From NCBI GenBank assembly GCA_964199315.1, contig OZ116709.1, positions 3,968,001 to 4,032,000 on the forward strand: 64,000 nucleotides of DNA. Reading direction: 5' to 3'. Below, piece by piece: positions 23,931 through 35,917 of this stretch. This DNA comes from Orbicella franksi (taxonomy: Eukaryota). The notes under the pieces are model-generated. The model was given only the letters and a program-made list of their open reading frames with translations, ran no database searches and had not been told where the DNA came from. A program made the translations under genes and the position numbers. How positions within the stretch are numbered: the first letter of the stretch is position 1; each line of letters opens with the position of its first letter.

Positions 23931-24679
23931 ATCTTTAAAGCTATTGTTAACAAATAATAGCTCTTAAAAAGGTGTTTCTTTAAATTATGATGGCTCAAAA
24001 ATAGATCTTACTTAGAAAATTCATTTAATATTATACCCAAGTATCTAGGTGATTAGATTGCCCTACTGAAAAAGAGCATGACACAAATGAGCTATTTGCC
24101 AAACCTAGGTAAGACTGAAATGGATTGAAGTTGGGTTTGATTTCTGTCTGAACCTGAGAGATTTTCAGACTTCAGTCTCGAATTATAATTCAGCTATGAT
24201 CATTCTTAAATTGTTTTCAAAATAGTGAATCAAAAGTTTTGAATGTCGGGAACATTGAAATACTAAATATTAGTAATTGAAATCCTGAACTTGGGACATG
24301 TAGAATTCTCTTTCTTTCATTTACTACTGGTAAGCTGAACTAATCTTGACACATAACCCTAACCAGTAACTTAACATGCTTAATTACCACAATTATTATA
24401 GTTAATTATTAATATTAATATATGGAGACTTCTTGATGTTCCTGAGTTCAGATTAAAAGAACTAAAATAGAAGATTAACAAATTTGATATCCATTCAAGT
24501 CAAAGCAGAAAATGTTAGCAATGCTATGATTCACTTTGGTCTAAAATTCAAGTCTATATGACAGACAGATGATCATCACAGCACATCGCAGTGTAGCTAA
24601 GTTGAACTTGCACAATCACGCAGGCAAACATAGCCTTGAAAGGGACTGTTGCTGGTGACTGATATTACAACAATGTCAG

Positions 24680-24760
24680 CAGAAGTTGTCTGGAAGACTT
24701 CTGCTCAGGCTTTTCAAACCTATCAGTCAGCATCAACCACCCTTTTCAGGACTATTCTTG
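24680..24760 (+). mobile_element. Degenerate Penelope-like terminal repeat fragment
   Basis: GAAGACTTCTGCTCAGGCTTTTCAAACCTATCAGTC...CTTTTCAGGACTA resembles the remembered pLTR pattern CTGA.GATGACTTCCGCTCAGGTTGTCGAAACGTCAGTC...TCTCAGGACTA. Confidence 0.4.
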
Positions 24761-25164
24761 ACCATTTGATAAAGTCACTAGATGAACTACTGACAGCTAG
24801 TCACTCCAAATCTAAACCATTTCTGTGTGACTTGCCTTATGTTCAAAAAGACAGGATCAATATTATTTTTAAGAACTGCATGCAGTACAATTCATTGTTG
24901 GGTGAGAAAAATGATTTCCTGTATATGACGAGATCATCTAGTACTGACCATTGCAACAACAACGACAATTTTTTTAATTTTAAGATTTTCCTCAAGTTTC
25001 AGCGTTTTTGTTGGTTGTATTTTTCTAATTTAGTGTTTTAAACTAAATCTGAAAGTCAAAAGGTATGTAAAGAAATAGAATATGTGTGGTACTGTACATG
25101 TTCATGTTTAATTTGCTTGATACAAACTCAAGAGGAAGTTTGAGTGAACTTACTATTTAGGTCT

Positions 25165-25495
25165 GAGGGGGGGGGCAAGGGTTTGGAGTTGTGGGGGGAT
25201 GAGGCTCAGATCTGGGGAACAGGGGTTTGGATGTGGGAGATTGGGGGCTTGGATTTGGGAGATGGGAGCTTGGATTTGGGAGATGGGGCTTGGATTTGGG
25301 AGATGGGAGCTTGGATTTGGGAGATGGGGCTTGGATTTGGGGGAAAAGGTTTGGAGTTGGGTGAAAGGGTATTGGATTTGGGGGAAAGGGCTTTGAATTT
25401 TGGTGACTGGTATGGAGTTGGGGGACGGGGGGCTTGGATTTTGGACAGAGGTTTGGATTTGGGGGACAGGGACTGGGTCAGGGGTTCTACCAGGT
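25165..25495 (+). repeat. G-rich minisatellite, 20-21-bp unit
   Basis: Core TTGGATTTGGGAGATGGG(A)GC, near-perfect at 25249-25340 and degenerate on both sides. Confidence 0.95.
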
Positions 25496-26200
25496 TGGGT
25501 TGGCCCTTTAGATAAGTTTTTTCAAACCCAATCGAACGTTTGTATCAAGCTATAAAAACACAACACGACCGCTTTCTATTTCTCTTGTGAAGTAAAAATA
25601 GAATTAAAATGTGATGTTTATAACCATGCTCAGTTTGCTTAGCCATGAACAAATAGTGAAATAGTGGTTGTATGTAACCTATTGTTTTCTTAGTTGGCAA
25701 TACATCATTGGTTTATCGCTGATAGGGACATTCCTCTGTTGTGATCTTTATTGTGAAAATAAAAATAGTCTACTTGTCCAAATTTACTACAGTGTAAAGT
25801 TTTGTATACATCTGATTCAATGTTAAAGATGACCAATAATCTGTGAACTCAATTTGCCGACAGAATGTCAATTTGGTATTTATTTTGCATGTCAGCACTT
25901 CTAAAACCCAGTTGATTTATACAGGTATTTGGTCATCTTTGTTAGCAGTTGAATGTACACAAGATCTGTCACACTAAAATAATTCTGTTGCTACATATTA
26001 AGTTTTTTTTCATACTATGTTAGAATAAAGTAATGAATGGCACCAATTTTCTTGTCTTTATTTCTAATTTGTGCACATTAATGCACCCCTTTGGGGGTTA
26101 AGCCAGAGGAAGACGAGGATGAGAAGCCAACCATGCCGAGAGAATTGACAGCAATTAACTGTCTTCGACCATTTTAGTGGAGAAAGTCTGACATAAATAA

Positions 26201-26737
26201 TGCACTAATCATTGGTTTTCCTGGGGGTTGATCCCCAGGACACCCCTAGAGAAACCTCAGGAACATGCAGGGAATGGTGCATTTTTGAAAAATTTTGTCC
26301 AGTAGGGAAGGGACATTGTTTAGTTTTTGAAAGAAACACGCCAAGGTTTGTTTGAGATTGCCCAGCAGTAAGTCACCTTCAAAATCCCAGATGAACATGC
26401 AGATGAGCAACATTGCTGCCATTTATGTGACATTTCGTGGAGGTATTCAGTGTTTTGCATGCTTGTTTTTTACTATGCTGTTCAAAGCCTGGGACGTAGT
26501 ACAAGGAAAGAGAAAGTCTAATTGCTGACAGTTTCAAAGAAGAAGAGAAGGAATAAAGTCATAAAGTTGTCTGTCATTATTGTAAATGAAGGTATTCTGT
26601 CTTCAGCTCAGCCTCTAGGTGAGGGGAAATTGGTGTGAATTTTATGCCCTATACCCCAGGGATTAAGTAGGTTTTTGTTTGATCCTGAAAACAAATCTCC
26701 GGGGGGTCAACCCCCAGGAAAGCCAATGATGAGTGCA
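26201..26737. mobile_element. PIF/Harbinger-type MITE (537 bp)
   Basis: 39-bp TIR TGCACT(A/C)ATCATTGG(T/C)TTTCCTGGGGGTTGA... with 4 mismatches. TAA on both flanks (26198-26200, 26738-26740). Confidence 0.85.
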
Positions 26738-26940
26738 TAAGTTCACGTGCCCCCGTTCCATTTACAGGCTAAAGGGTTTTCTATGAAAGATTGGCTCAGG
26801 GCTTTGTTTATGTGCAATGTGATTCCTTTAGGAGAATGAGACAACTGCGCACAGCTAAAGTGTATTTCTGTTGCTGTTTTTTTGTCCAAAAAAATCCCAG
26901 AAATGTCTTCAATGCTAGATAAATGTGTCCCAGACAAGTT

Positions 26941-27068
26941 AGACTGCGAGCGGTCTCTTACTCGAAGATGCGCGAGGGGAGAAGCGCAAACGAACAGAGC
27001 TCCTCTTCTCATTCGTTCTCATTCTTCCCTCGCGGATTTATGAACTAACGAGAGACTGCTCGCGGTCT
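26941..27068. mobile_element. Short TIR MITE
   Basis: AGACTGCGAGCGGTCTCT / AGAGACTGCTCGCGGTCT inverted pair. Confidence 0.7.
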
Positions 27069-27096
27069 CCCGGTAAATCAGTTCAGCGTACTTTCA

Positions 27097-27110
27097 CCCT
27101 GGGGGGAGGC

Positions 27111-27141
<31 letters not shown>

Positions 27142-27410
27142 CGCTGTGAAGGGTATGGTTTTCAAGCAGTTTACTCTAGGATAGGGTATATAAATCAGAG
27201 CGTCTGGGTCTAGAATTGGGTATCATTTTTCCTACAACTGAGTAGTTGGTTGAAGATTTTATCTACACTAAGGAAACCAGGAATTGCCACTCAAAAATAT
27301 AAAAAAAATCAAATCGGCGAGTTTAAATTTACACAAATCAGCCTCAATAGTGTTGATAGATGGGTGGATTTGGGGAGTTTACTCTAGTATAGGGTAGCGA
27401 AATTCAGCTG

Positions 27411-27441
<31 letters not shown>

Positions 27442-27501
27442 GGTCCCAGCGGCACATCCCACCCAGAAATTCCCAAAGTACTCCCCCCCCCCCCCCCCGG
27501 G
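27097..27501. mobile_element. CCC...GGG-terminated MITE with a 7(-8)-bp target-site duplication
   Basis: Termini CCCTGGGGGG / CCCCCCCGGG. ACTTTCA occurs at 27090-27096 and 27502-27508. The subterminal motif ATGTGCCGCTG appears in inverted orientation at both ends. Confidence 0.75.
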
Positions 27502-28004
27502 ACTTTCACTAAATTGGTTTCCTTGTCATTTTCACATGCAACGGTCGCGTACCTGGATTACCGCTTCACGCTATGTGGAGCAATCTCTCATTGCTGGGTC
27601 ATAAAAAAAGTGACGTCTTTCTTGGACTAACGCATTCCATCGTGAACATCCACGGGAACATCCCTTGCAGCAGCGCTCACCAGGAAGGAGAAAGCACAGC
27701 TGTTCGGGGCACAGCTTTTTGCGATCGCTGAATAATTTTCCAATAACTTTAAAAGAAAAAATTGAACTATGGTGTTGTCAGTTTCCAAAGAATGCTGAGT
27801 GGCAGTAAGGTGGGTGCAAGGAGGGTGCAAGTTCTCTTTTGCCTCGATCTTTTGCCTCGCCTCTGCCTCGCCATGATTGACGATTTTGAACATTGCCGCA
27901 AAAACGATCCCAGAAGTGCCCGCGAGTCTAGATTACCAACAGAAGCTTGGGAACGAGATCACGCGCTTCGACGCTTCCTGCTTCAGCTGAGGCGACGAAA
28001 TACC

Positions 28005-29131
28005 ATGGAGCTACGATTTCTGTGTTTCGCTGCTCTTGTAGCTTCGCTTTTCACCTGCTGCTTGGCTAATAGCAATGGAACAGTCCCTGTAATACTGTGG
28101 CATGGCATGGGTTTGTATTTTAACAGAACAGCCGAAAACCTTTTGAAGATAGCTGAAAATTTCCATCAAAATTGTTGCACTTTATATTTTTAGGGAGGAA
28201 TGTAAGCTTATATCTCTAGTTTTCCACGAACTTTTTTACCCCCTATTCCTTGTATGCAAACAGTAGCAATGAATTGAAAAGGAAAATTAGAAATTTAGGC
28301 AAGCTTGATACCCGCACAAGGGTATTAAAGTCCGGCCCTCTGTAATAGTATACGGAGAAAGTATTTTGTTCCTCATAGTTGCATGTTTATACAACATGTT
28401 TAGCTTTGTACTCCTCCTCATGATTTAAACAGCTGCCTCGAAATGCATATTATATTTAAACTAGTCTGAGAGGAGCTAAACACCTCACCCACATACCCAG
28501 GAGAGGGGTGTACTCCGTGAAATTTTGGCTTGGGGTGCATCACGTAACAGCACATGACATTCCATAATCTTCCCATATTGTTCGAAAACTGGTTCCTTGA
28601 GCAAATGTTCTTTCACTCTGTAAAAGTTTGGATGGTCATTTCTAGTCATTTCCTGGCTCTGTGCTTGGAGGTCAGGCCTTTGAACAAAATGGAGGCTAGG
28701 GGTTGACTTTGTTATGATACAAACTTTGTTACTAAAGTTTCAAATGTGCGATAAATTATCAGCCTATTGCCAATCATGCCAACTGGTTCTTATCTGTATC
28801 AACACAAGGTCAACCCACACCAGTCCTGTTAATTGGTCTATCGTCTTTTCCAAAGCTATTTAAATCTCGCACATTGGTTTTGATGGGACTTTACATATAT
28901 GTTGTAGAAATGAGCTTGACCGTCCAGTGTAGCAATGAAAATTGTTAGTAGCAAGTCCAATATTGGTGTGGTTTGTTTTAGGTGATTCATGCTGTAACCC
29001 TCTCAGCATGGGATCCATCAAGTCTATGCTGGAAGATAAAATTCCTGGCGTTTATGTACGGTCCCTGATGATCGGTGATTCAATTATACAGGTAACATGT
29101 TGCTGATAAATAAGCCATTTTCGTATTCTCG

Positions 29132-29164
<33 letters not shown>

Positions 29165-32100
29165 CATGCGGGGAAATGTCATTAAAAAGAGATGAATATC
29201 TTTTACATTTAAAAAGACTCCCTGCATTAGCCTCAGTTGCAAGCTAGTTCCAATCCAATATTGAGAACACAAAAATGGTCTATTGGAAATATATTTTCAG
29301 CGTACAACACCTTTTTTTAATGTCAGAGTCAAATCAATCCTCTTCATGTGTGTTGGCACATAGTAGGTATGTGTGTTTGCACATTGTTACTGTGGATCAT
29401 GGTGGCTTAACAGCTTGTGTACTGTTGGATCTGTTTTCTGGGTGTAAGCCCTGACAAGGAACTCTGCATTCAGTCTTTTTACAGATCTAGTGTTACTGCA
29501 TGTAACAGTGTAATGTCAGCTGCTTGGTTAAAGAGGTATCATTGCAAGAAGTCTTAATATGTAAAATACTGATCATTATGGTCTGGTTGTTCCAAGGATG
29601 GATAAGGAATGAGCCATTTTTGATACATTGAAATTCTAAATTGGCTTCCAAGGCTTGGAGGAATGAAACAGAAAAAATCACATCAACGTTGGGGGATGAA
29701 TAATTAAATTTCTTATGTTTTATCCCCAAAGCCTTGGAGCCAAGTTAGAATTTGTAGTACATAAAAAATGGCCTATTGCACTGGATAAGTCACTGTCTTT
29801 TGGATAAGTGTTCGCAAAGCCATGAATAGGTTAATCCATCCTTTGGAAATGATAGGGTCAGGAATATTTTTGTCTTGCTATGGTGTTTAGCAGTATTTTT
29901 GTTCTCTTAGGACATGGAGAATGGTTTCTTTATGAATGCAAATGACCAGGTAATACATGTACAGGCTTGATTTGGATTTATGTGTTAGCCTATCTCTCTC
30001 TCATTATCAACACTGTGAACCGTCAATCCATCTGTGGTGGTGTTGTCTACCTTGCTACAATGTCAGACTGAGATAGCTTTGTCAAGTAGTTTAATGCTGG
30101 CCTGAAAATTAAGCTTGCACATCAATGTATCACAGTAGATCAGTAATCTGACTTGCACTCTGATCACTATAAACTAAGATTATAAGAGAAATAAAGTGGT
30201 CCCAAGGTCAATTTCCTAGGTACATTGTACACTGATGTAAGCAGGTAACTGGTTACCTTCCTACTAGTTTTGCAGTGTTTCAATAATTAATTAGCGTTTT
30301 CCTCAGTTAGCATATAGGAACACAGCCAATGTATTTGCTAATTCTATATATATGTTTTATTATTTTTATTTAATGTAGTCTTAAAAATAATAGCTGTTAC
30401 TTGATTGAAATTCACATATTGCAAACATTACAGATAAAACAAGTTTGTGAGAAAGTTGCTGCAGATCCAAAGTTGAAAGATGGATACAATGCCCTAGGGT
30501 TCTCGCAGGGTGGACAGTTCTTGTAAGTAACAGTTAATAGCAATTTATTTTCCTAAGATCAGCTTAATATTGTCTTGTGTGAAACAAAATACATGATTCC
30601 ACTTTTTGTTGGAACTCATACTCTTTTATACAAGACTTGGGCACGGTGGTCTCATGGTTAGTGTACTTATTACAGTACCTTCTCAGTTTTTAGGTCTCAA
30701 CAAATATTGCTAAGCTATTAGATAATTTGACATTGATCACTCTTAAAAATTAATGTGTATCTCATCCTATTATTTATAGTACCAGGCTGTCGTTAAAAAA
30801 ATTGATGAATAATAGTGCTGTTCAAATGGTTTTTGTGTTTTTCTAGGCGTGCTCTTGCCCAGAGATGTCCCAATCCCCCCATGCTGAATCTGATCAGCTT
30901 TGGCGGACAACATCAAGGTGGGATGCAAGGAATCTTCTTATTGTTAGTGCCAATCAAACACATGTGAACTTGCAGAATTAAAAGTAAACCTTTTAGTTGT
31001 TATTCAGAGCTTTTGCTGTACGTACCACTAGGCTCTTCAAGAAAGACTGGTTTCTTTATCACTGGTTCTAGAGGTCACACACCTATTAATTTTTGCTCAT
31101 AAACAAAGAACAGAAAGTGAGCATAATAATAATATTTTATTACCAGTAAGACTAAAATTGTATCTTTTCACAGGTGTTTATGGATTTCCACGTTGCCCTG
31201 GTGACAACTCCACCATCTGTGATTATATCAGGAAGTTGCTGAATCTGGGAGCTTATGAAAGGTACATTTTAGCGTATCAGTTTCACTTTTAAGTAATATA
31301 CTCTTTATTCTTACTGAGAGCTTTTATTTTCAGTTACATTTAGTTCAATGTCTTAAGCTTCCTATTAGGAATTTAACTGTACACAAACTATATCAACTAC
31401 ACATGCACCATCAGTACATTGAGCATACTAGTTGACCATTAATAACATTTATGCCAATTTTTTGAGGTAGCAAGTAAATAAGGTGTTACTTTTTAATAAA
31501 TCTAAATTTATAACTTTTAATCATTAAAGGTGTATTTATTAATAAAGGTGTGTTTATTTATTGTTTGTCTCATGATGTAGTCACTTGATATGAAGATGGC
31601 GACGTTTTGACTGCTTACTGCTAGTGTTCTTCAAGCGATGAGGTTGACTGATCATGTGGCATGGCGATTTACATCTCAAGTGACTACATCATGAGACAAA
31701 CGATAATACAAGTGCTTTATTATTTCATCTACCACAATGAACAACAACAACAACCTTTTCCTCAACTTTTAATTAGTTTTCTTTATATTTTGTTTATTTG
31801 TCCTGATGGTCTCCTTCTTTCCTTGTCCTTTAACAGTTGGATTCAAGACTTGTAAGTACCTCTTGTGTGGTCAAATATTGCAGTTATACCCTGTGGTCTG
31901 TTGGTTTCTCCTGCAATAGTCCCACACTCCAAACAAAGCGGGCATTTTGTTTTTTTTTTAGTCATAGCAACTAGCATTCAGTATAGTTGGAACTCCATCT
32001 GCTATCATTCCTTCTTTCATTGCTTGCAGAAAATTCCTTCTTTGCTTATGGTGTGGTTGAAACTAGCTTTTTTTCAGTGCCTCTCACTGGCTGAAATAAT

Positions 32101-35100
32101 AATAAATTATTATAAATCAATTTTCAAAACTGACTAGCAGAAAATTCCCAGATCTGGCTAGCACTTTGGCATTACAGTCAAATACCTTGCCTCTTTTCTG
32201 AGACACCTCTTTCCAGGGTTTATATACCTGTGGCTGCAAAAGAGTATTTTCCCCTTGCCATTTCAGCAGTAATGCCAGTGTCATATTATTTTGTTGTTTT
32301 TTTGTTTGTTTGTTTGTTTGTTTGTTTGTTTGTGTTATCAAGGTAAGAATTATAATGGTGAGAAGATCTTCTAGAGTGGTCTTTCAAGTCGCAACAACAC
32401 TCCTTAGATTGAGGAGTAACCCTGCATGAATGGTCATCCTGATTAATCTGTTGCTTTTATTATTGTATTACATTTCAGCCTTGTTCAAGCAGAATACTGG
32501 CATGACCCATTGAATGAGGAAGAATATAGAGACAAGAGTATCTTCTTGGCTGATATCAACCAAGAAAAGGTAAATTGTCTCAAAGGATGTAAGGTATTGC
32601 AGTTTCCCTTACTGGCTGATCAAATGACTGTACATGATGCATATGCCTGGACCAATAAATGATTTTTGTATTGGTGTCCACTTTGTCAAAGGCCTGGCTG
32701 AGGAGCAGGTTGACAGGGTTTGGTGTTTGATTTCTATTTGGCATCTTACAAGTCTTGAAGATTACAGCACCCTGTAAAGGAACAGGTCAAAAATAATACT
32801 TTTTATCCCTACTTTTTAGGGAGGTTTTTAATCTTTTATAACAAAGCAGTGAATGGTCAGGTGGATAAAATAGACTGAAGAAGTTATTGGCCATGCCTCA
32901 ATGATACTGTCTACAAATTCCTTTTTTCAATTAGTTGTCTAGTACATGTAAATCTATTTTAACTAACTTGTTGACTTTTGTTTAAGTGGATATAACTTTT
33001 TTCCTGGTTTATATTGTTCTTGCCTCAAAAATTTATCCTGGAATCGTGTTTTATAGGTGAAGAATCCTGAGTACAAAGCAAACCTGATGAAATTGAAGAA
33101 CTTTGTGATGGTTATGTTTGGCAAGGATACTATGGTTGATCCTAAGGAATCTGAGGTATAAAGAAGAAATTTTGATTACCGTAAAAACTCGTGTATAAGC
33201 CGCACCTTTTTGCTGAAATTTTGGGCTCAAAATGGTGGGTGCGGCTTATATACGAGACCATTGCCTTCAGAGGGGGCTAATTGCCTAGTTAGTGGTCAGA
33301 TATAGTACTTAAAAACGTAAGTAAATAAACATTCAACATTTTGAAACCTGTTGCTGTTGTTGATCATTGCTTTTGATAGAAGTGGTGGCTCCTAAAGGAG
33401 CCTTTGTCTCTTCAGGTTTTAAACCTGAATCTTCTTCGCGAGTAGTTCTTTCGATCACTTCAATACTGATCTCTCCGCCATGTGCAAGAAAATACCACGC
33501 TATTCGTGAGAACTCACGGGACAAATGACCGACTGTTTCGGTGTTCTTCACAACTTGCACCGCGTGTTTATCCATAGGATTGTTAAACTCGCGTCGAGCA
33601 ACAAGTTTTTCACCAATTGAAGGCTTCCATACATGTTTATAAACATGGTATCCACGCACAGCTGATGTGAAATGGAACTTTTCCATCTTGTTTATCGTTC
33701 ATTCGATCGTTCAATTCGATCGATCTACGTGACTCGGCCCAGACTTCTTATCGCATCGATCGGTCAGAGATTGTTCTGCTCAGATTTCCGTTTGAATTTC
33801 ATCGTTTTCCACTATCGCCTTTAGCAATAAAGGCAACATCTTGTCAAAAGAGCCTCTCTTTAGGAGGATATCAGAAATTCTGTTGAAGAATAGCTTGTAA
33901 AAGGTATTTCAAGAGTTATTTAGCTCGCAGCAAATACACAGCATCAGATTTGACCAAGCTTACAATGTACAAGTAATCACTTTCTTTTGCTCAGCGCTTT
34001 TTAAAGAGTTTTCTTTTTTTCAAAATCAAGCTCGAAAGTTGGGGGTGCGGCTTATATACGAGTGCGGCTTATACACGAGTTTTTACGGTATTTTCTATGG
34101 GCGAGTGCTCACCTCTCATCAGTGGCCACTTACATATAGTTCCAAGGCTGGCTGGTTTCTTCAATCTGATAATGTAGATAGAATTATTACAAGTGAATAT
34201 ATGAAAGTTGATATATCTGAACTGCGGAAAATGATGTGAAGATATGATTGATCATCACAGTTATGCCAAGCAGTTGTGAAATTAAAGCCTGAAAAAAAAA
34301 ATTCAGGCCTGAATGGGATTTGATCAAACATACCTTCAGGGAGAATTATTATTGACCATGTCCTTTTATTTATTTTGTAGTGGTTTGGTTTTTATAAGCC
34401 TGGGCAAGGCAAGGAGATGTACACTTTACAGGAGAGCCCATTGTACCAAGAGGTGTGTACCATGGATACGCATCTTTTCATTATTTTAATGACAGCTTAT
34501 GGGCAAGCACAAAATTCCATATTCAGACTGAGAAAGGAAGTAACGCCCTACAACAAACTGCTTTAGTCCTTGTCACACTCCTGGGTTGCTCTGTGTTTGC
34601 ATGCTTGGACTCATGTGCAGGGTTTTGCTTGTTGCTATTGAAAACCAGGCCTTCCTGACCAACAAACACCTGTGGAACTAAGTTATCTTTGTTCAATGGC
34701 CAGTACCAATTTCCCTTTTTTGCTATCATAATGGCTTCAATCTTTTTGGGGGTGGAAAAAATAAATAGAGGATATTGCACAGTGGCGCAAAGATAGGAAT
34801 TTTATTTGCAAGTGGTAAAAACAATATTTTCTGAACAAGCAGAGCAAGGGAAATATTGTTTTCAACACAAGAAAACTGAATTTACAACTTCAAGCCACCT
34901 TTTAATTTTCTTTTTATTATATAGACAAAGATAATGAGGATATGATAAATACATCACTCAGGTCCTGGAGTTCATACATGTATGAATATTATGAGCAGTA
35001 TATTTTATAGTAAGGCAGTCATGTCTCTATAATAAATTGTTACATGCACAACGCACTATCATGGGTACTATACAGGGCTGTCATTAAGGGCCGTAAGCTG

Positions 35101-35421
35101 TAACACCTGTTATGGCTCAGTGTGCTTGATTTTCCCTTGATGCTATGGGTGAAATTCCCTGCTGTTTAGAGAATTCACCCCCAAAGTAACAAATTTGCTA
35201 TGGGTGTGGAGAATAAGGCTACAGGTGACTAAAAAATTGATGACAACCCTGCTATAAAAACCAAACAATTACTTAATACGTGCTAATTGTCATTTTAGGA
35301 CTGGCTGGGACTGCAGCAAATGGACCGTGACAAGAAACTGCATTTTCTAACTGCTGATGGAGATCACTTGCAGTTTACAGACGAGTTCTTTGATGAACAG
35401 ATCTTACCATTTCTGAAGTAG
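28005..35421 (+). CDS. PPT1: Palmitoyl-protein thioesterase 1 (lysosomal), 300 aa
   Basis: Exons 28005..28110, 28982..29091, 29911..29949, 30434..30522, 30847..30917, 31174..31261, 31837..31851, 32479..32569, 33057..33155, 34381..34452, 35299..35421. Total 903 nt, all GT-AG, frame continuous. Features: signal peptide, WHGMGDSCC, catalytic GFSQGG Ser, DTMVDP Asp, GDHLQF His, and [10 protein letters not shown]. Confidence 0.97.
31563..31701. mobile_element. Hairpin MITE in PPT1 intron 6
   Basis: Perfect 26-bp inverted repeat GTTTGTCTCATGATGTAGTCACTTGA / TCAAGTGACTACATCATGAGACAAAC. Confidence 0.8.
32298..32336 (+). repeat. (GTTT)n microsatellite
   Basis: About 8 GTTT units in PPT1 intron 7. 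Confidence 0.9.
33179..34088. mobile_element. 910-bp Tc1/mariner-superfamily-like non-autonomous element in PPT1 intron 9
   Basis: Perfect 27-bp TIR CCGTAAAAACTCGTGTATAAGCCGCAC / GTGCGGCTTATACACGAGTTTTTACGG with TA on both sides (33177-78, 34089-90). Extra subterminal GTGCGGCTTATATACGAG copies at ~33239 and ~34045. No transposase. Confidence 0.9.
33333..33686 (-). CDS. HIRAN-domain ORF carried by the TIR element (117 aa, domain C-terminus apparently replaced)
   Basis: SAVRGYHVY...[20 protein letters not shown]...TVGHLSRE aligns with the HLTF HIRAN pattern VVGLRYY...EMVALQRDPNNPYDKNAIKV...QVGHLKKE. It is followed by a low-complexity tail. Expression is unknown. Confidence 0.7.
   Translation of the reverse strand: MEKFHFTSAVRGYHVYKHVWKPSIGEKLVARREFNNPMDKHAVQVVKNTETVGHLSREFSRIAWYFLAHGGEISIEVIERTTREEDSGLKPEETKAPLGATTSIKSNDQQQQQVSKC
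34762..35035. mobile_element. Non-autonomous interspersed element ending in TATAATAAA
   Basis: Starts TAAATAGAGGATATTGCA, has an internal imperfect hairpin (AAAAACAATATTTT / AAATATTGTTTT), and ends CTCTATAATAAA. Confidence 0.45.
35073..35251. mobile_element. Small CAGGG...CCCTG MITE (hAT-like termini)
   Basis: CAGGGCTGTCATTAA / TTGATGACAACCCTG. CTATA flanks both ends but there is no clean 8-bp TSD. Confidence 0.6.
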
Positions 35422-35917
35422 ACATGGGTTATGGGTTGTGTTGGCTTGAGAAGAATGATACACTAATTAGATGATAGATTTTTTAGCTGCCTTGTGAGTT
35501 TTGCGTCATTGAGGAAATTGTGTGCTAATGTAGACTTGTAACTAAAAAAACGATGTAGAGTGATCCAAAATGTAAGCCTTTTTTTTTTTTTTTTAAATAT
35601 ATATATAATCAACTCCTCAGTCTGTTAAATTGTAACTCGGGAGAACTTTCCATTGCTGTGCTGTAAGGGGGTTTGGTTGCAATTTATAATTGTGCCTTTT
35701 ACAAAATGAATATGGAATGTTAGGATGTGAAATAACAAACCTGGGGTTGCACTTTACATAATTGTAGTAGTAAGGAGGAGAGGGCAAGTGAAGCAAATTC
35801 AAAGAAAAGCTTTTTCTTCAAGTTATTGGGCTGTTCAAGAAAGGATGGCTTCAAGAAATCATGTTTCCACTGTAGTTTAAAGCTCATGCAAAGGATAATT
35901 CTAGAAATTTTTTCCTT

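Noticed and set aside
24680-24760. Hammerhead ribozyme within the Penelope-like terminal repeat
   Set aside because: The catalytic core (CTGA.GA and CGAAA) is not intact in this copy.
25144-25515. 123-aa Trp/Gly-rich ORF
   Set aside because: It is a translation of the G-rich minisatellite.
27627-27893. Possible divergent gene opposite PPT1 (88-aa ORF; short MARQRRGKRS... frame; candidate exon ~27680-27727)
   Set aside because: No coherent exon chain or homology could be built. A bidirectional transcript cannot be excluded.
27762-28193. 143-aa ORF covering the PPT1 start
   Set aside because: Only 28005-28110 is coding. The upstream part is promoter/UTR and the downstream part is intron 1.
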